Source of the DNA: Eledone cirrhosa
Lineage: Eukaryota
NCBI GenBank assembly: GCA_964016885.1
Contig: OZ024743.1
Location: 82,522,001 to 82,586,000 of the forward strand
Direction: 5' to 3'
DNA length: 64,000 bases
The notes under the pieces were generated by a model. It saw only the letters and a list, made by a program, of their open reading frames with translations, was not told the DNA's origin and made no database searches. This document shows, one piece after another, positions 11,466 through 25,664 of this stretch. Every line of letters starts with the position of its first letter. The stretch's first letter is position 1. The position numbers were made by a program, and so were the translations under genes.

Positions 11466-12138
11466 ATTCTTCTCCTATATCACTTTCTCACATCCATTCT
11501 CCCACTAACTCTATCCTCCTCTGGAAAAATCTGCTGTGTTCAGACCTAGATAGTAAATGGGCTCCGCCAGGTTTTAAAATGCCTCTACAAAAGCCGTATG
11601 TCTGTATGGTGCCCCATGACTTTCTCATGAGTTACGGTACCATGCATGTATGCATAAACACTTTAGACTTTCTTCCATAGAAACCAGGGGTGGTTTCAGA
11701 CGATTTGGTATTAAATGGCTTCCACAAATTCGGACCTATCAAATAGTTTTACATACAGGGCTTGTGTAGATCAAAAACTGAGTGTGGTAGGACTCTCTTG
11801 TCCTAGACACAAGCTAGTGGGATGGAATCACGCATGGCATTGTGAGAAAACCAATTTGTGACGCTCACGACTAGAACTAGAGGCTATACGGTATAGTGGG
11901 AAAACGAACTTGTGACCCTCACAGCTAGAAATAGTAACTAAATATAGACATCGTGAAGGGAGAGAAGTCAATTAAGTTTTTAAAGAAACAGATTGAAGAT
12001 AAAAGACAACAGAATCTGACCGATGAACTGGGAATGTAGAGGTTTATTTATAGCTGAAAGATTCACCTATAAACATACATAAATTTGTATGTGGATGATA
12101 TGTGTGTGTGTGTATGTGTTCTTGCCTGCGTTTACAGA

Positions 12139-12199
<61 letters not shown>

Positions 12200-12578
12200 A
12201 CGCATGCACACACACACATACATATTTATATATACACACAAATCTCTCGTTCTCTCTCTCTCTCTTTATATATATGCGTGTATATATATATATACATACA
12301 TACACACACGCGCGCGCACTAATGGTTTGTTTATCAAAGGTGACCCGATTCTATTGGTCAGGTCATAGCTTGGGATCAACTACTTACTTCCATCTGCAAC
12401 CATGGTAACCATACAGCTTATCTTGACACACTAACCTCTTTTACACACACACATACACGTGCGAGAGAGATAGAGAGAGGGGGGAATGGGGGGGGGGGGC
12501 ATGCACACATTCCTATACGTAATTATATACACACATATATATATATATACATACACACACACACAAAAGGCTTCTACA

Positions 12579-12613
12579 GGACTAGTACTGTTTCCTTCGT
12601 ATGGAATCATCAG
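12579..12613 (-). ncRNA. Minimal hammerhead motif
   Basis: CTGATGA-TTCCATACGAAG-GAAAC-AGTACTA-GTC; the 5' side is replaced by a small fold-back (12605-12633). Confidence 0.55.
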
Positions 12614-12666
12614 GAATGGCATTCCTAATGATTTACCTATATATATATATATATACCTATATTATA

Positions 12667-12725
12667 TTTTATCTGATGAAAGCGCACCATAGTTTACCTT
12701 GGTGGCCCTTGAAATATGTATAATG
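12667..12725 (+). ncRNA. Minimal hammerhead motif heading a TA-flanked module (to about 12865)
   Basis: CTGATGA-AAG..CACCA/TGGTG..CTT-GAAA-TATG-TA; then AATAAA and ttgttgagtgc. Confidence 0.65.
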
Positions 12726-12990
12726 AAATAAATATGGTTTTATAAACATAGTTTCCATTTGTTAATATATCGTATATTTACTCCAATAACTTGTTGAGTG
12801 CTTTATATCAGTTATTAACATATTTTGCTTGTTTTATCCCAACAAATTAAATATAACCTCTACATATATATATATATACAGCGATACACACACTTACAAA
12901 CTTGGGGGTGTCGAGCAGCGACTAGATAAAAAAAGCCTGGGTACGAACCCAGACATGTTGCTTGTGAAGCAGGCAGTTTTACCGTTGAGC

Positions 12991-13066
<76 letters not shown>

Positions 13067-13588
13067 CGTGTGTGTATATACATCTATATTAAATTATCGA
13101 ATTCTTTGAAAATACCGTACTCATTAATTAATTAAATATATACATATATACATACAATTAATTAAATATATACATATATACATACATTTGTATGTTATAT
13201 CTCTGGGTGCCTATGACTATGTATGTCTCTACTTCTCTCTCTAACACACAGGGACATTCCTTTTCGCTTGCCGATCACTTCAATCTCATCTCATCCCCTC
13301 CACCACCATAACCACCACTACTACTACTACCACCACCATCACTACCATCACCATCCACACCACCATCACCACCACTGCCACCACCACCACCACTACTACT
13401 AACACCACTACCATCACCACTACCATCACCACCAACAACACCACCAGCACTACCACTAACACCACCACCACCACTTTATCTGCTTACTATTTCTCTCTCT
13501 AATTCTTACCCTTATAACATTTTATATCCCTCCTACCTCTTACCCCACCCCTAACCCAAGGACCTTCCTGTCTCTCTGACTCTCTCTC

Positions 13589-13620
<32 letters not shown>

Positions 13621-14872
13621 TTCTCTCTCTCCCCATCCCTCCAACTTCACCAGATTCCCCTTTACAGAATGCCAAACCACAGCGTGTTTATCTTTTCACA
13701 CACAAACACACATTCACATATACACACACACATACACACATTCACATATACACACACACACATACACACATTCACATATACACACACACACACACACACA
13801 TTCACATACACACACATTCGCATACACACACACAGATACGATCGCACACACACACACATCTCTAAACACACCAGACATACATTCACACGGCTGACGCCTT
13901 AAAACCGTGGACATTCACATATATATACATATAGACACTTCTATACGCATACACACTACTATACACATATATACATATACACACTACTATACATATATAC
14001 ACATATCATATACACATATATACATATACACACTACTATACATATATACACATATACACATATATACATATACACACTACTATACATATATACATATACA
14101 CACTACTATACACATATATACATATACACACTACTATACACATATACGTATACAAAAATACTCAAGTTTGCTGATGAAGTCTTAACTCATTCACAAACAC
14201 ACACATTCCCACACGCATATATACACACACATACACACCCACATTCCCACACATATTCACACATACACACGCATACATACACACATATTTCCATACATAC
14301 ACACATACACATTCACACACATACGCGTGACACCTTTACTTGACATACGTGGAGATAATACGCATGCGCAGACCTTGACCTGTAACTTCCTTCCTCCTCA
14401 TCAAGTTTCTCTCGTTAACTAATGTGGACAATATATTAAGATTGTTCCCTCCCAATCTCCACGCTTCACCCATGTTCAGGTAAATATATATTTCTTTATT
14501 TACCATAAGGCATGTTCAGGTAAATATAATCACGACATCAGCAACGACATCAACAACAATTTCAAATGTATTGTCCTAACGTAGATAACTATAGTTAACA
14601 GTAGAAAAAAGAAGATAAAATACTCCTGAAGACTGAAAAAAAGTGGCCAAAGGTGGTGGTGGGGTGTCGAACAACATGTCCTCGAATGTGCCCCTGTCCC
14701 CAGGGGTGCGTCCTTGAATGCACCTCTGTCCATTTTCGTCCGTCTCCAGGAGTTCTTTAACCGAGATTATTTCAGTTGATCGACTTATATTTATCTACAT
14801 TGGGGCCAACACATTTTCAGATTTCAAATTTCTCAAATGCTTTGTAAGTCAAACGGATGTTTAAACAATAAT

Positions 14873-15190
14873 AATTGTTTCTTCTTTTGGCACAAGGCCA
14901 GCAATTACCCAGTGCATTACTGGTACTTTATTGTATCGACCCTGTAAGGATGTAAGGCAAAGTTAACCTCGGAGGAATTTGAACAATGATAATGTTTGCA
15001 ATTTAGGCACACAAGGCCAGCAATTTGGTGGGAAATCAGTTAAATCGACACTAGGACTTGACGGGTATTTTAATTCATCGACATATAAAGGTGACATAGA
15101 CAGGATTTCAACCCAGAACGTAAAAAGCTGGATCAAATATTGCGAAACATTCTGTTGAACATTCTAAAGATTCCACCAATCCAAGGCTTT
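14873..15190 (-). mobile_element. Two adjacent Meta-domain SINEs
   Basis: cacaaggccagcaatt...tcgaccc..aaggatg..aggcaaagt..acctcgg..gaatttgaac (14873-14984) and an older copy (about 14995-15190). Confidence 0.75.
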
Positions 15191-15639
15191 AGTGTTTTCT
15201 AATTTAGACAGAAATCCAGCAATTCTGAAGTGAAAGGAAAGGCGGTCTCTCTCAAACTGTTGGAGGGTATGATACATAGGAAAATAGAGAAACTGGGAAT
15301 GCCCTGATGGTAGATAGACCAGATTTTAAAATGGTTTCAATGTCAATCATGGAGCGAAATCAATGCAATCTTAAAAACTAAGGGGGTGGATAAATGGAGG
15401 AAGTATTTCTAGGACGTTTCGTACGCTGCCGGAAGCGGAAATGATAACTAGGAAGAGTAGAATGAATAACAACGTAGAGGCTTTTGTAGAAGCTAGTTCC
15501 TTTAATAAAGGAAGATGGAAGCCACAAGCTTGCTTCCAATGTAAACGTTAATGTTGACAATTTGACTTTCGCCTCACAAAACTTGAAAACATTCTGCTCC
15601 TAGTTTCCCCGGAACTCTATATTGACATCATATAATCTT

Positions 15640-16020
15640 GCCGTGTGAAGATGCGAGACTTTATAGATAGGGTGTTCGGCTCAAGATCGTAAGGTCATAA
15701 GTTCAATTCCAGGCTGTGTTGTGTCCTTGAGCAAGACGCTTTATTTCATGTTGCTCCAGTCTACTGTGTCCTTGAGCAAGACGCTTTATTTCATGTTGCT
15801 CCAGTCTACTGTGTCCTTGAACAAGATACTTTTTTTCGTGTTACTCCAGTCTACTGTGTCCTTGAGCAAGACACTTTATTTCGGGTTACTTCAGTCTACT
15901 CGGCTGTAATAAATGAGTTGTGTCTGTGATTCAAAGGTCTACCCATGTCACATTCCATGTCATTCTGAATCTTCTTGAGAACTGTGCTAAAGTACACGTA
16001 TGTGGAATGCTTGAGTCAGG
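15640..16020 (+). mobile_element. CORE-type SINE with an internal 45-bp unit amplified 4 times
   Basis: tgtgtccttgagcaagacgctttatttcatgttgctccagtctac x4 at about 15720-15899. Confidence 0.85.
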
Positions 16021-16138
16021 CCTATGCGTTGCTGCACTGCTTCATGCATTCTACACCGTCCTGTACAAGCTGCAGATGCTGCCACACCTCTGCCTTGAAA
16101 CCTAAGGTAGGGTAATACGTGTTACGTATGTGAATCAT

Positions 16139-16196
<58 letters not shown>

Positions 16197-16301
16197 GTCC
16201 TATTATAAAAGCGAAATATACGTGACTCCGAACCAAACTAATGATACCCATCAACCATATGTGGGTGTATACACTAATATATATGTGTGAGTGTACTCTC
16301 T

Positions 16302-16333
<32 letters not shown>

Positions 16334-16689
16334 AACATTGTATGTGACAGAGGTCTGGATTTTGTCCCGGCATTAATCTTTCCTCATTACACTTGCACTA
16401 AATGACATCAGCAGTAGAACAACACCACCACCACCACCACCACCACCACCAACAACAACAGCAGCAACAACACCAACGCCATAAGTAGCACCAAAATTAC
16501 CAGCAACACTACTACCACCACCACCAACGTCACCAGTAGCACCAACATTCGCAGCAACACCACCACCAACACCACCACCAACAGCAACAACAATAACAAT
16601 AACAACAATAAAAAGACCGTTGATGACAAGATGGCTGGCTAATCGCTTAAAGAACATTTATAACTGCCAAAAGAAACTATAAACCTGTG

Positions 16690-16896
16690 TATGTGCATTT
16701 ATGCATGTGTATATCTATGTGGTTATATACATATATATGTATGTCTTTATATACATATATATGTGTGTCTTTATATATATATATATATATGTGTGTCTGT
16801 GTGTGTGTTTATATACATATATATGTGTGTATATATATATATATGTGTGTGTGTATCTTTATATATATATATGTGTTTTTATATATATATATATGT

Positions 16897-16950
<54 letters not shown>

Positions 16951-17217
16951 CTTTATATATATATATATATGTGTGTGCCTTTATATATATATGTGTGTGA
17001 CTTTATATATATATATATGTGTGTACCTTTATATATATATGTGTGTGTCTTTATATATATATATATATATGCGTGTGCCTTTATATATATATATGTGTGT
17101 GTGTCTTTATATACATGTGTGTGTGTCTTTATATACATGTGTGTGTGTCTTTATATACATGTGTGTGTCTTTATATACATGTGTGTGTGTCTTTATATAC
17201 ATGTGTGTGTCTTTATA

Positions 17218-17250
<33 letters not shown>
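16690..17250. repeat. Compound (TA)/(TG) microsatellite with a recurring gtcttt spacer
   Basis: Direct reading. Confidence 0.9.
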
Positions 17251-17252
<2 letters not shown>

Positions 17253-17399
17253 CCCGAGCATCAAACTAAGACGTGTGTGTGTGTCTGTATTTGTGTATGT
17301 GTATGTGTGTGTCAGTGAATGTGTGTGTGTGTGTACTTGTGAATGTGTATGTGTTTATATTTATGTTTTTGCAATCTCAGTTTCATCTATCCTGTTTTC

Positions 17400-17810
17400 T
17401 CATCGCCGCCAACACCCCCACCCCCACCCCCACCTCGCCATCACCACCACTACCACCGCCGCCATCATCATCACTAACATCACCACCACTACCACCACCA
17501 TCACCATCACCACCACCACCACCGCCATCACCACCACCGCCACCACCCCGACCATCACCACCACCACTACCACCATCACCAACACTACCACCGCCATCAC
17601 CACCATTACCACCGCCGCCATCACCACCACCACCACCACCACCACTACCATCATCTCCACTACCTCCGCTGCCATCACCACTACTACCACCGCCATCACT
17701 ACCGCCGCCATCACCTCCACTACCATCACCACCACTACCACCACCACTACCACGACGCCATCACCACCACTACCACCACCACCACCACTACCACCATCAT
17801 CACCATCATC
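17400..17810. repeat. Degenerate (ACC/ATC)n array
   Basis: Direct reading. Confidence 0.9.
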
Positions 17811-17931
17811 AAAATGAAGACTGATTTAATTAGTTTAACTGTAGTCTCTTTCTATAGACACGTGTACACGTAATTCTCAGGGAGATTCAGCGTGAAAAAA
17901 TGTGTGCCAAAGTTTGCCTTTTAAATTACAA

Positions 17932-18368
17932 CATGGCTTAGTGTGTAGAGCGTCGGGCTTACAATCGTGAGGTTGTGAGTTCGATTCTCGGACCGGGCGA
18001 TGCGTTGTGTCCTTGAGCAAGACACTTTATTTCAAGTTGCTCCAGTTTGCTCAGCTGTAGAAACGGGTTGTGACGTCACTGGTGCCAAGCTGTATCGGTC
18101 ATTGCCTTTCCCTTGGACAACATCATATATAGTGTATATATAATATATAGAGTGTATATATAGTATATATTGTGACGTCACTGGTGCCAAGCTGCATTGG
18201 TTATTATCTTTTCCTTGGACAGCATTGGTGGCATGGAGAGGAGATACTGGTATATATGGGTGACTGCTAGTCTTCTACAAACACACCTTGCCTGGACTTG
18301 TACTTCGAAGGGGAACTTTCAAGGGGAAAACCCCATGATCACTCGTGACCGAAGGGGTCTTTACCCCA
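17932..18368 (+). mobile_element. Full-length tRNA-derived CORE-type SINE with internal duplication
   Basis: A-box tggcttagtgtgtagagc, B-box gagttcgattctc, CORE-like box; ttgtgacgtcactggtgccaagctg duplicated at about 18068 and 18170. Confidence 0.85.
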
Positions 18369-18782
18369 TTGTTTACAGTAGATTACAGGTACAGACCAGT
18401 TGATGGGCTTCAGATAGTTTCCGTCACAGTGATCGGGTGGACCCAAGTCAATGCTGCTTACCCAATGTACCACACAGTAGGTTCGAACTCTAAAATTGCA
18501 AAGAAAGTTTCACTATTGTCATGCTGCCAACAAACCTAGAGGTGGTTGTTGTGTGTATCTTGTTTCACCTAATTTAAGTTTCAATTTAGCGATAGAAAGA
18601 CAATTCCTTCCTAAAAACCTTATTTAATGATGAAGAGCTGCAGCTAATAATGAGTGCCCGAGGAGGAGTTTGACGTTCGAAACGTTGATATATTCAAAAT
18701 ATAAATAATTATACACTTCATTCAAATGTATTGCTATATGACTGGTCTTCTTTGTCTTTGGATTATGTAGAACACACACATT

Positions 18783-18813
<31 letters not shown>

Positions 18814-18937
18814 GTACACACAAACATTTATACATATATATGAATGTATGTGCATATAATATATGAGTAAAAATATTTGAGACGAGAGGTCTCGATACTT
18901 TACTGTATGTATATATGTATGTATGTATATGTGTGTG

Positions 18938-18973
<36 letters not shown>

Positions 18974-19534
18974 AGATAGAGAGCCAATGGGGGCAACGCT
19001 ACACAGAGAAAACAGGCAATAGAAAAGGAAAGGTGGAAGGGAGGCTGGAAAATTATCAAGTATTTCTTAATTAGGTGTAAAGCCTCAGGTTGGTAGGCTG
19101 AAGAGTCTTGACGAAGAGTACAAGCTTTAAGCGGAATGTTGGTGACAGATGAGACACATGCATCTATTATGTTCTCTGTCAGAGATATAAACAAATAATA
19201 GTTGTTTGTTTTTTCTGTGGAGGCACAAAACTGGGATTATTTTCGGGATGTGGGAGTAGATGACAATACGTCTCAGTAGTTTGGACGAACCCTGGGGGAA
19301 TGAAACGGAAAATCGATAGTGTAACATGACACACTATCAATTGATTAGCGAAGGAGGTACTCTATAGTTGCCAGATCTGCTAAATATAACAGCCACATCT
19401 CCCTCAAATTATATATGGATGAATGCTTCATGTGAACTCTATTTCACCCTTTCATTACCACATTTCTAATGAAGGACAGGATTTCAAATAATTAAGGGAG
19501 AACTGGGAAGTATTTACTAAAATTACGGTATTTG

Positions 19535-22500
19535 AGGGCGGTGGTTAGGTAGTAATTGGTAGAGTGTCAGACAACATGGTATAGGGCGGTGGTTAGGTAG
19601 TAATTGGTAGAGTGTCAGACAACATGGTATAGGGTGGTGGTTAGGTAGTAATTGGTAGAGTGACAACATGGTATAGAGTGGTGGTTAGGTAGTAATTGGT
19701 AGAGTGTCAGACAACATGGTATAGAGTGGTGGTTAGGTAGTAATTGGTAGAATGACAACATGGTATAGAGTGGGGGTTTGGTAGTAATTGGTAGAATGAC
19801 AACATGGTATAGGGTGGGGGTTTGGTAGTAATTGGTAGAGTGACAACATGGTATAGGGTGGTGGTTTGGTAGTAATTGGTAGAGTGACAACATGGTATAG
19901 GGTGGGGGTTTGGTAGTAATTGGTAGAATGACAGACAACATGGTATAGAGTGGGGGTTTGGTAGTAATTGGTAGAGTGACAACATGGTATAGGGTGGGGG
20001 TTTGGTAGTAATTGGTAGAGTGACAACATGGTATAGAGTGGTGGTTAGGTAGTAATTGGTAGAATGACAGACAACATGGTATAGGGTGGGGGTTTGGTAG
20101 TAATTGGTAGAGTGACAACATGGTATAGAGTGGTGGTTAGGTAGTAATTGGTAGAGTGACAACATGGTATAGAGTGGTGGTTAGGTAGTAATTGGTAGAG
20201 TGTCAGACAACATGGTATAGGGTGGGGGTTTGGTAGTAATTGGTAGAGTGACAACATGGTATAGAGTGGTGGTTAGGTAGTAATTGGTAGAGTGACAACA
20301 TGGTATAGAGTGGTGGTTTGGTAGTAATTGGTAGAGTGTCAGACAACATGGTATAGGGCGGGGGTTTGGTAGTAATTGGTAGAGAGTCAGACAACATGGT
20401 ATAGGGTGGGGGTTTGGTAGTAATTGGTAGAGAGTCAGACAACATGGTATAGGGTGGGGGTTTGGTAGTAATTGGTAGAGTGTCAGACAACATGGTATAG
20501 GGTGGGGGTTTGGTAGTAATTGGTAGAGTGTCAGACAACATGGTATAGGGCGGTGGTTAGGTAGTAATTGGAAGAGTGTCAGACAACATGGTATAGGGTG
20601 GGGGTTTGGTAGTAATTGGTAGAGTGTCAGACAACATGGTATAGGGTGGGGGTTTGGTAGTAATTGGTAGAGTGTCAGACAACATGGTATAGGGCGGTGG
20701 TTAGGTAGTAATTGGTAGAGTGTCAGACAACATGGTATAGGGTGGGGGTTTGGTAGTAATTGGTAGAGTGTCAGACAACATGGTATAGGGTGGGGGTTTG
20801 GTAGTAATTGGTAGGGTGTCAGACAACATGGTATAGGGCGGTGGTTAGGTAGTAATTGGTAGAGTGTCAGACAACATGGTATAGGGTGGGGGTTTGGTAG
20901 TAATTGGTAGAGTGTCAGACAACATGGTATAGGGTGGGGGTTTGGTAGTGATTGGTAGAGTGTCAGACAACATGGTATAGGGCGGTGGTTAGGTAGTAAT
21001 TGGTAGAGTGTCAGACAACATGGTATAGGGCGGTGGTTAGGTAGTAATTGGTAGAGTGTCAGACAACATGGTATAGGGTGGGGGTTTGGTAGTAATTGGT
21101 AGAGTGTCAGACAACATGGTATAGGGTGGGGGTTTGGTAGTAATTGGTAGAGTGTCAGACAACATGGTATAGGGTGGGGGTTTGGTAGTAATTGGTAGAG
21201 TGTCAGACAACATGGTATAGGGCGGTGGTTAGGTAGTAATTGGTAGAGTGTCAGACAACATGGTATAGGGTGGGGGTTTGGTAGTAATTGGTAGAGTGTC
21301 AGACAACATGGTATAGGGTGGGGGTTTGATAGTAATTGGTAGAGTGACAACATGGTATAGGGTGGGGGTTTGGTAGTAATTGGTAGAGTGTCAGACAACA
21401 TGGTATAGGGTGGGGGTTTGATAGTAATTGGTAGAGTGACAACATGGTATAGGGTGGTGGTTTGGTAGTAATTGGTAGAGTGTCAGACAACATGGTATAG
21501 GGTGGGGGTTTGGTAGTAATTGGTAGAGTGTCAGACAACATGGTATAGGGTGGGGGTTTGGTAGTAATTGGTAGAGTGTCAGACAACATGGTATAGGGTG
21601 GGGGTTTGGTAGTAATTGGTAGAATGACAACATGGTATAGGGTGGTGGTTTGGTAGTAATTGGTAGAGTGTCAGACAACATGGTATAGGGTGGGGGTTTG
21701 GTAGTAATTGGTAGAGTGTCAGACAACATGGTATAGGGTGGGGGTTTGGTAGTAATTGGTAGAGTGTCAGACAACATGGTATAGGGTGGGGGTTTGGTAG
21801 TAATTGGTAGAGTGTCAGACAACATGGTATAGGGTGGGGGTTTGGTAGTAATTGGTAGAGTGACAACATGGTATAGGGTGGGGGTTTGGTAATAATTGGT
21901 AGAGTGACAACATGGTATAGGGTGGGGGTTTGGTAGTAATTGGTAGAGTGACAACATGGTATAGGGTGGGGGTTTGGTAGTAATTGGTAGAGTGTCAGAC
22001 AACATGGTATAGGGTGGGGGTTTGGTAGTAATTGGTAGAGTGACAACATGGTATAGAGTGGTGGTTTGGTAGTAATTGGTAGAGTGACAACATGGTATAG
22101 GGTGGGGGTTTGGTAGTAATTGGTAGAGTGACAACATGGTATAGGGTGGGGGTTTGGTAGTAATTGGTAGAGTGTCAGACAACATGGTATAGGGTGGGGG
22201 TTTGGTAGTAATTAGTAGAGTGACAACATGGTATAGGGTGGGGGTTTGGTAGTAATTGGTAGAGTGTCAGACAACATGGTATAGGGTGGGGGTTTGGTAG
22301 TAATTGGTAGAGTGTCAGACAACATGGTATAGGGTGGGGGTTTGGTAGTAATTGGTAGAGTGTCAGACAACATGGTATAGGGTGGGGGTTTGGTAGTAAT
22401 TGGTAGAGTGTCAGACAACATGGTATAGGGTGGGGGTTTGGTAGTAATTGGTAGAGTGACAACATGGTATAGGGTGGGGGTTTGGTAGTAATTGGTAGAG

Positions 22501-23066
22501 TGACAACATGGTATAGGGTGGGGGTTTGGTAGTAATTGGTAGAGTGACAACATGGTATAGGGTGGGGGTTTGGTAGTAATTGGTAGAGTGTCAGACAACA
22601 TGGTATAGGGTGGGGGTTTGGTAGTAATTGGTAGAGTGTCAGACAACATGGTATAGGGTGGGGGTTTGGTAGTAATTGGTAGAGTGACAACATGGTATAG
22701 GGTGGGGGCTTGGTAGTAATTGGTAGAGTGTCAGACAACATGGTATAGGGTGGGGGTTTGGTAGTAATTGGTAGAGTGACAACATGGTATAGGGTGGGGG
22801 TTTGGTAGTAATTGGTAGAGTGTCAGACAACATGGTATAGGGTGGGGGTTTGGTAGTAATTGGTAGAGTGACAACATGGTATAGGGTGGGGGTTTGGTAG
22901 TAATTGGTAGAGTGTCAGACAACATGGTATAGGGTGGGGGTTTGGTAGTAATTGGTAGAGTGTCAGACAACATGGTATAGGGTGGGGGTTTGGTAGTAAT
23001 TGGTAGAATGACAACATGGTATAGGGTGGGGGTTTGGTAGTAATTGGTAGAGTGTCAGACAACATG
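19535..23066. repeat. 3.5-kb minisatellite of interspersed 48-bp and 44-bp units
   Basis: Unit gacaacatggtatagggtgggggtttggtagtaattggtagagt(gtca); roughly 75 copies estimated from array length. Confidence 0.97.
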
Positions 23067-23075
23067 TTGTAACAT

Positions 23076-23272
23076 ATACTTTAAATAGGAACCCTTTAAA
23101 ATAGAGGGGGGGGCATTATACTTTAAATAGGAACCCTTTAAAATGGGGGGGGTTATACTTTAAATAGGAACCCTTTAAAATGGGGGGGGTTATACTTTAA
23201 ATAGGAACCCTTTAGTTTTTTGGGGGATTATACTTTAAAATTGGTGGGGGTGGGGGGATTATACTTTAAAAG
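23076..23272. repeat. Tandem repeat of about 36 bp (tatactttaaataggaacccttt + G-run), decaying
   Basis: Four good copies followed by two truncated ones. Confidence 0.85.
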
Positions 23273-23752
23273 GGGTAGGGGAGCTCATTGTTCCAGGTCT
23301 CCTTTTGGTCTGATTGGTAACAGAGGTCCCTTCAGAAATCATTCTTTGCGTTAAGACAGTTCCAGGAAGTTATAAACAAAGGAGTTAGTGTGTTTATATT
23401 TGAAGGTGTTTGTGTTTGGATGTTATGAAGGCTCATATATGTCTACTACTGGGGGGTGCGTAATTACTCTTTACACTGTCAGTGTGTGTGTGTGTGTGTT
23501 ATGCACACATGTAGCTGTGTGCATAAAATCAGGAAACTGTGTTGCTGAATCTTTGGAGTGTCATTAAAATATCGACTGTAGCACTAATCGATTGGATTTG
23601 TAGGTTGTGTGTCGGTTTGGTTTGTTCTTTCTTGAGAAAAAAACAAAACATCCTGCCTTTTACGTATCTATGTATGGATTTATATATATGTATATATGCA
23701 TGTACATGTAATTGTATATATGTATATATATATGTATGTATATGTGTATCTA

Positions 23753-23811
<59 letters not shown>

Positions 23812-23816
23812 ATCTA

Positions 23817-23879
<63 letters not shown>

Positions 23880-23884
<5 letters not shown>

Positions 23885-24075
23885 AACAAGTATGACTCCG
23901 ACGGCAGAGCTCAAGCCGTTTCGACGGCTAATTCTGAGTCCAGAATTAGCCGTCGAAACGGCTTGAGCTCTGCCGTCGGGGTCATACTTGTTCCTATTAC
24001 CCACTCTACTACCCTAAGTATTGAATACTTTGGTGCGTTATGGTCCATCTGGTTCCTTACCACATTTCCTTCGTT
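23880..24075 (+). mobile_element. PLE-type family X fold-back module in (TA)n
   Basis: 57-bp arms 23880-23936 and 23941-23997 (one mismatch) plus a unique tail ending tcgtt(a); homologues at 39604, 43167, 46814 and 53535. Confidence 0.85.
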
Positions 24076-24132
24076 ATATATATATATATATCATTTCTGA
24101 ATTTGTTTAGCAACATGACCCTCCCAAAGCAT

Positions 24133-24204
<72 letters not shown>

Positions 24205-24436
24205 TTACATATACATACACATCACCTCCTTCATAATCGTCTCTTAAACTTCCTGACGGCAGAAGAGATAATAAAATTCCAAGGATTTACAATTTTATAA
24301 AAATTAACATCTATAAACTAAATGGAGTTTTCGTTTGATAATTTTCTTAATTTATATTTAATTTCATACACACACACACAGATACATGTGTGTGTGTATA
24401 CACTCATATATATGTATATAGATGTGTGTGTATATG

Positions 24437-24564
<128 letters not shown>

Positions 24565-24586
24565 TGTATTTATATATATGTGTATG

Positions 24587-24625
<39 letters not shown>

Positions 24626-24709
24626 GTATATATAAGAGGATATATTGCCCGGCGGTCAAGCTTAAACCGTGCGTGTATATATTGGTGTTTATTTATGTTG
24701 TTTCCTTTG

Positions 24710-24760
<51 letters not shown>

Positions 24761-24775
24761 GTATGTATATATATA

Positions 24776-24826
<51 letters not shown>

Positions 24827-24883
24827 GTGTGCTTGTATATATATATTTATATATATGTGTGCATGTATATGTATATATATATT

Positions 24884-24930
<47 letters not shown>

Positions 24931-25074
24931 GTGTGCGCCACCATCTGTCATGCTATATACACAAGTCTGTTACATCTCCATCTTGTTAGAAATCGAAGAC
25001 AAACAGTTCTGTCGCTTGCTGCCAACATTTCATTATTTTCACTTCATATAATGTTGTTTGTGGTGGTGTTGTTG

Positions 25075-25620
25075 TTGTGACGTTGTTGTTGTTATTATTT
25101 GTGATGTTGTTGTGACGTTGTTGATGTTATTATTTGTGATGTTGTTGTTGTGACGTTAGTTATTATTTGTGGTGTTGTTGTTGTGACGTTGTTGTTGTTA
25201 TTATTTGTGATGTTGTTGTGACGTTATTGTTGTTATTATTTGTGATGTTGTTGTTGTGACGTTAGTTATTATTTGTGGTGTTGTTGTTGTGACGTTGTTG
25301 TTGTTATTATTTGTGTTGTTGTTGTGACGTTGTTGATGTTATTATTTGTGATGTTGTTGTTGTGACGTTGTTGTTGTTATTATTTGTGTTGTTGTTGTTG
25401 TGACGTTGTTGTTGTTATTATTTGTGATGTTGTTGTGACGTTGTTGATGTTATTATTTGTGATGTTGTGACGCTGTTGTTGTCATTATTTGTGACGTTGT
25501 TGATGTTATTATTTGTGATGTTGTTGTTGTGACCTTGTTGTTGTTGACGTTGTTGTTGTTATTATTTGTATTATTTGTGTTGTTGTTGTTGTTATTATTT
25601 GTGATGTTGTTGTTGTTGTT
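25075..25620. repeat. Minisatellite of about 33-39 bp (gtgacgttgttgttgttattatttgtgatgttgtt)
   Basis: Direct reading. Confidence 0.9.
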
Positions 25621-25664
25621 ACTATCAAAGACTACTTTAATTGCAAAAAGAGAGAATGAACCAG

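Noticed and set aside
17932-18000. tRNA gene (also the other A/B-box heads)
   Set aside because: Continues directly into SINE CORE or Meta bodies; no complete cloverleaf with terminator
18628-18690. GAAACGTTG hammerhead half
   Set aside because: No intact CTGAnGA or stem II upstream
19615-23065. Repeat-protein-like ORFs (CCLTLYQLLPNPHPIP, up to 406 aa)
   Set aside because: Minisatellite translation; the 44-bp units shift frame at random, which is inconsistent with coding constraint
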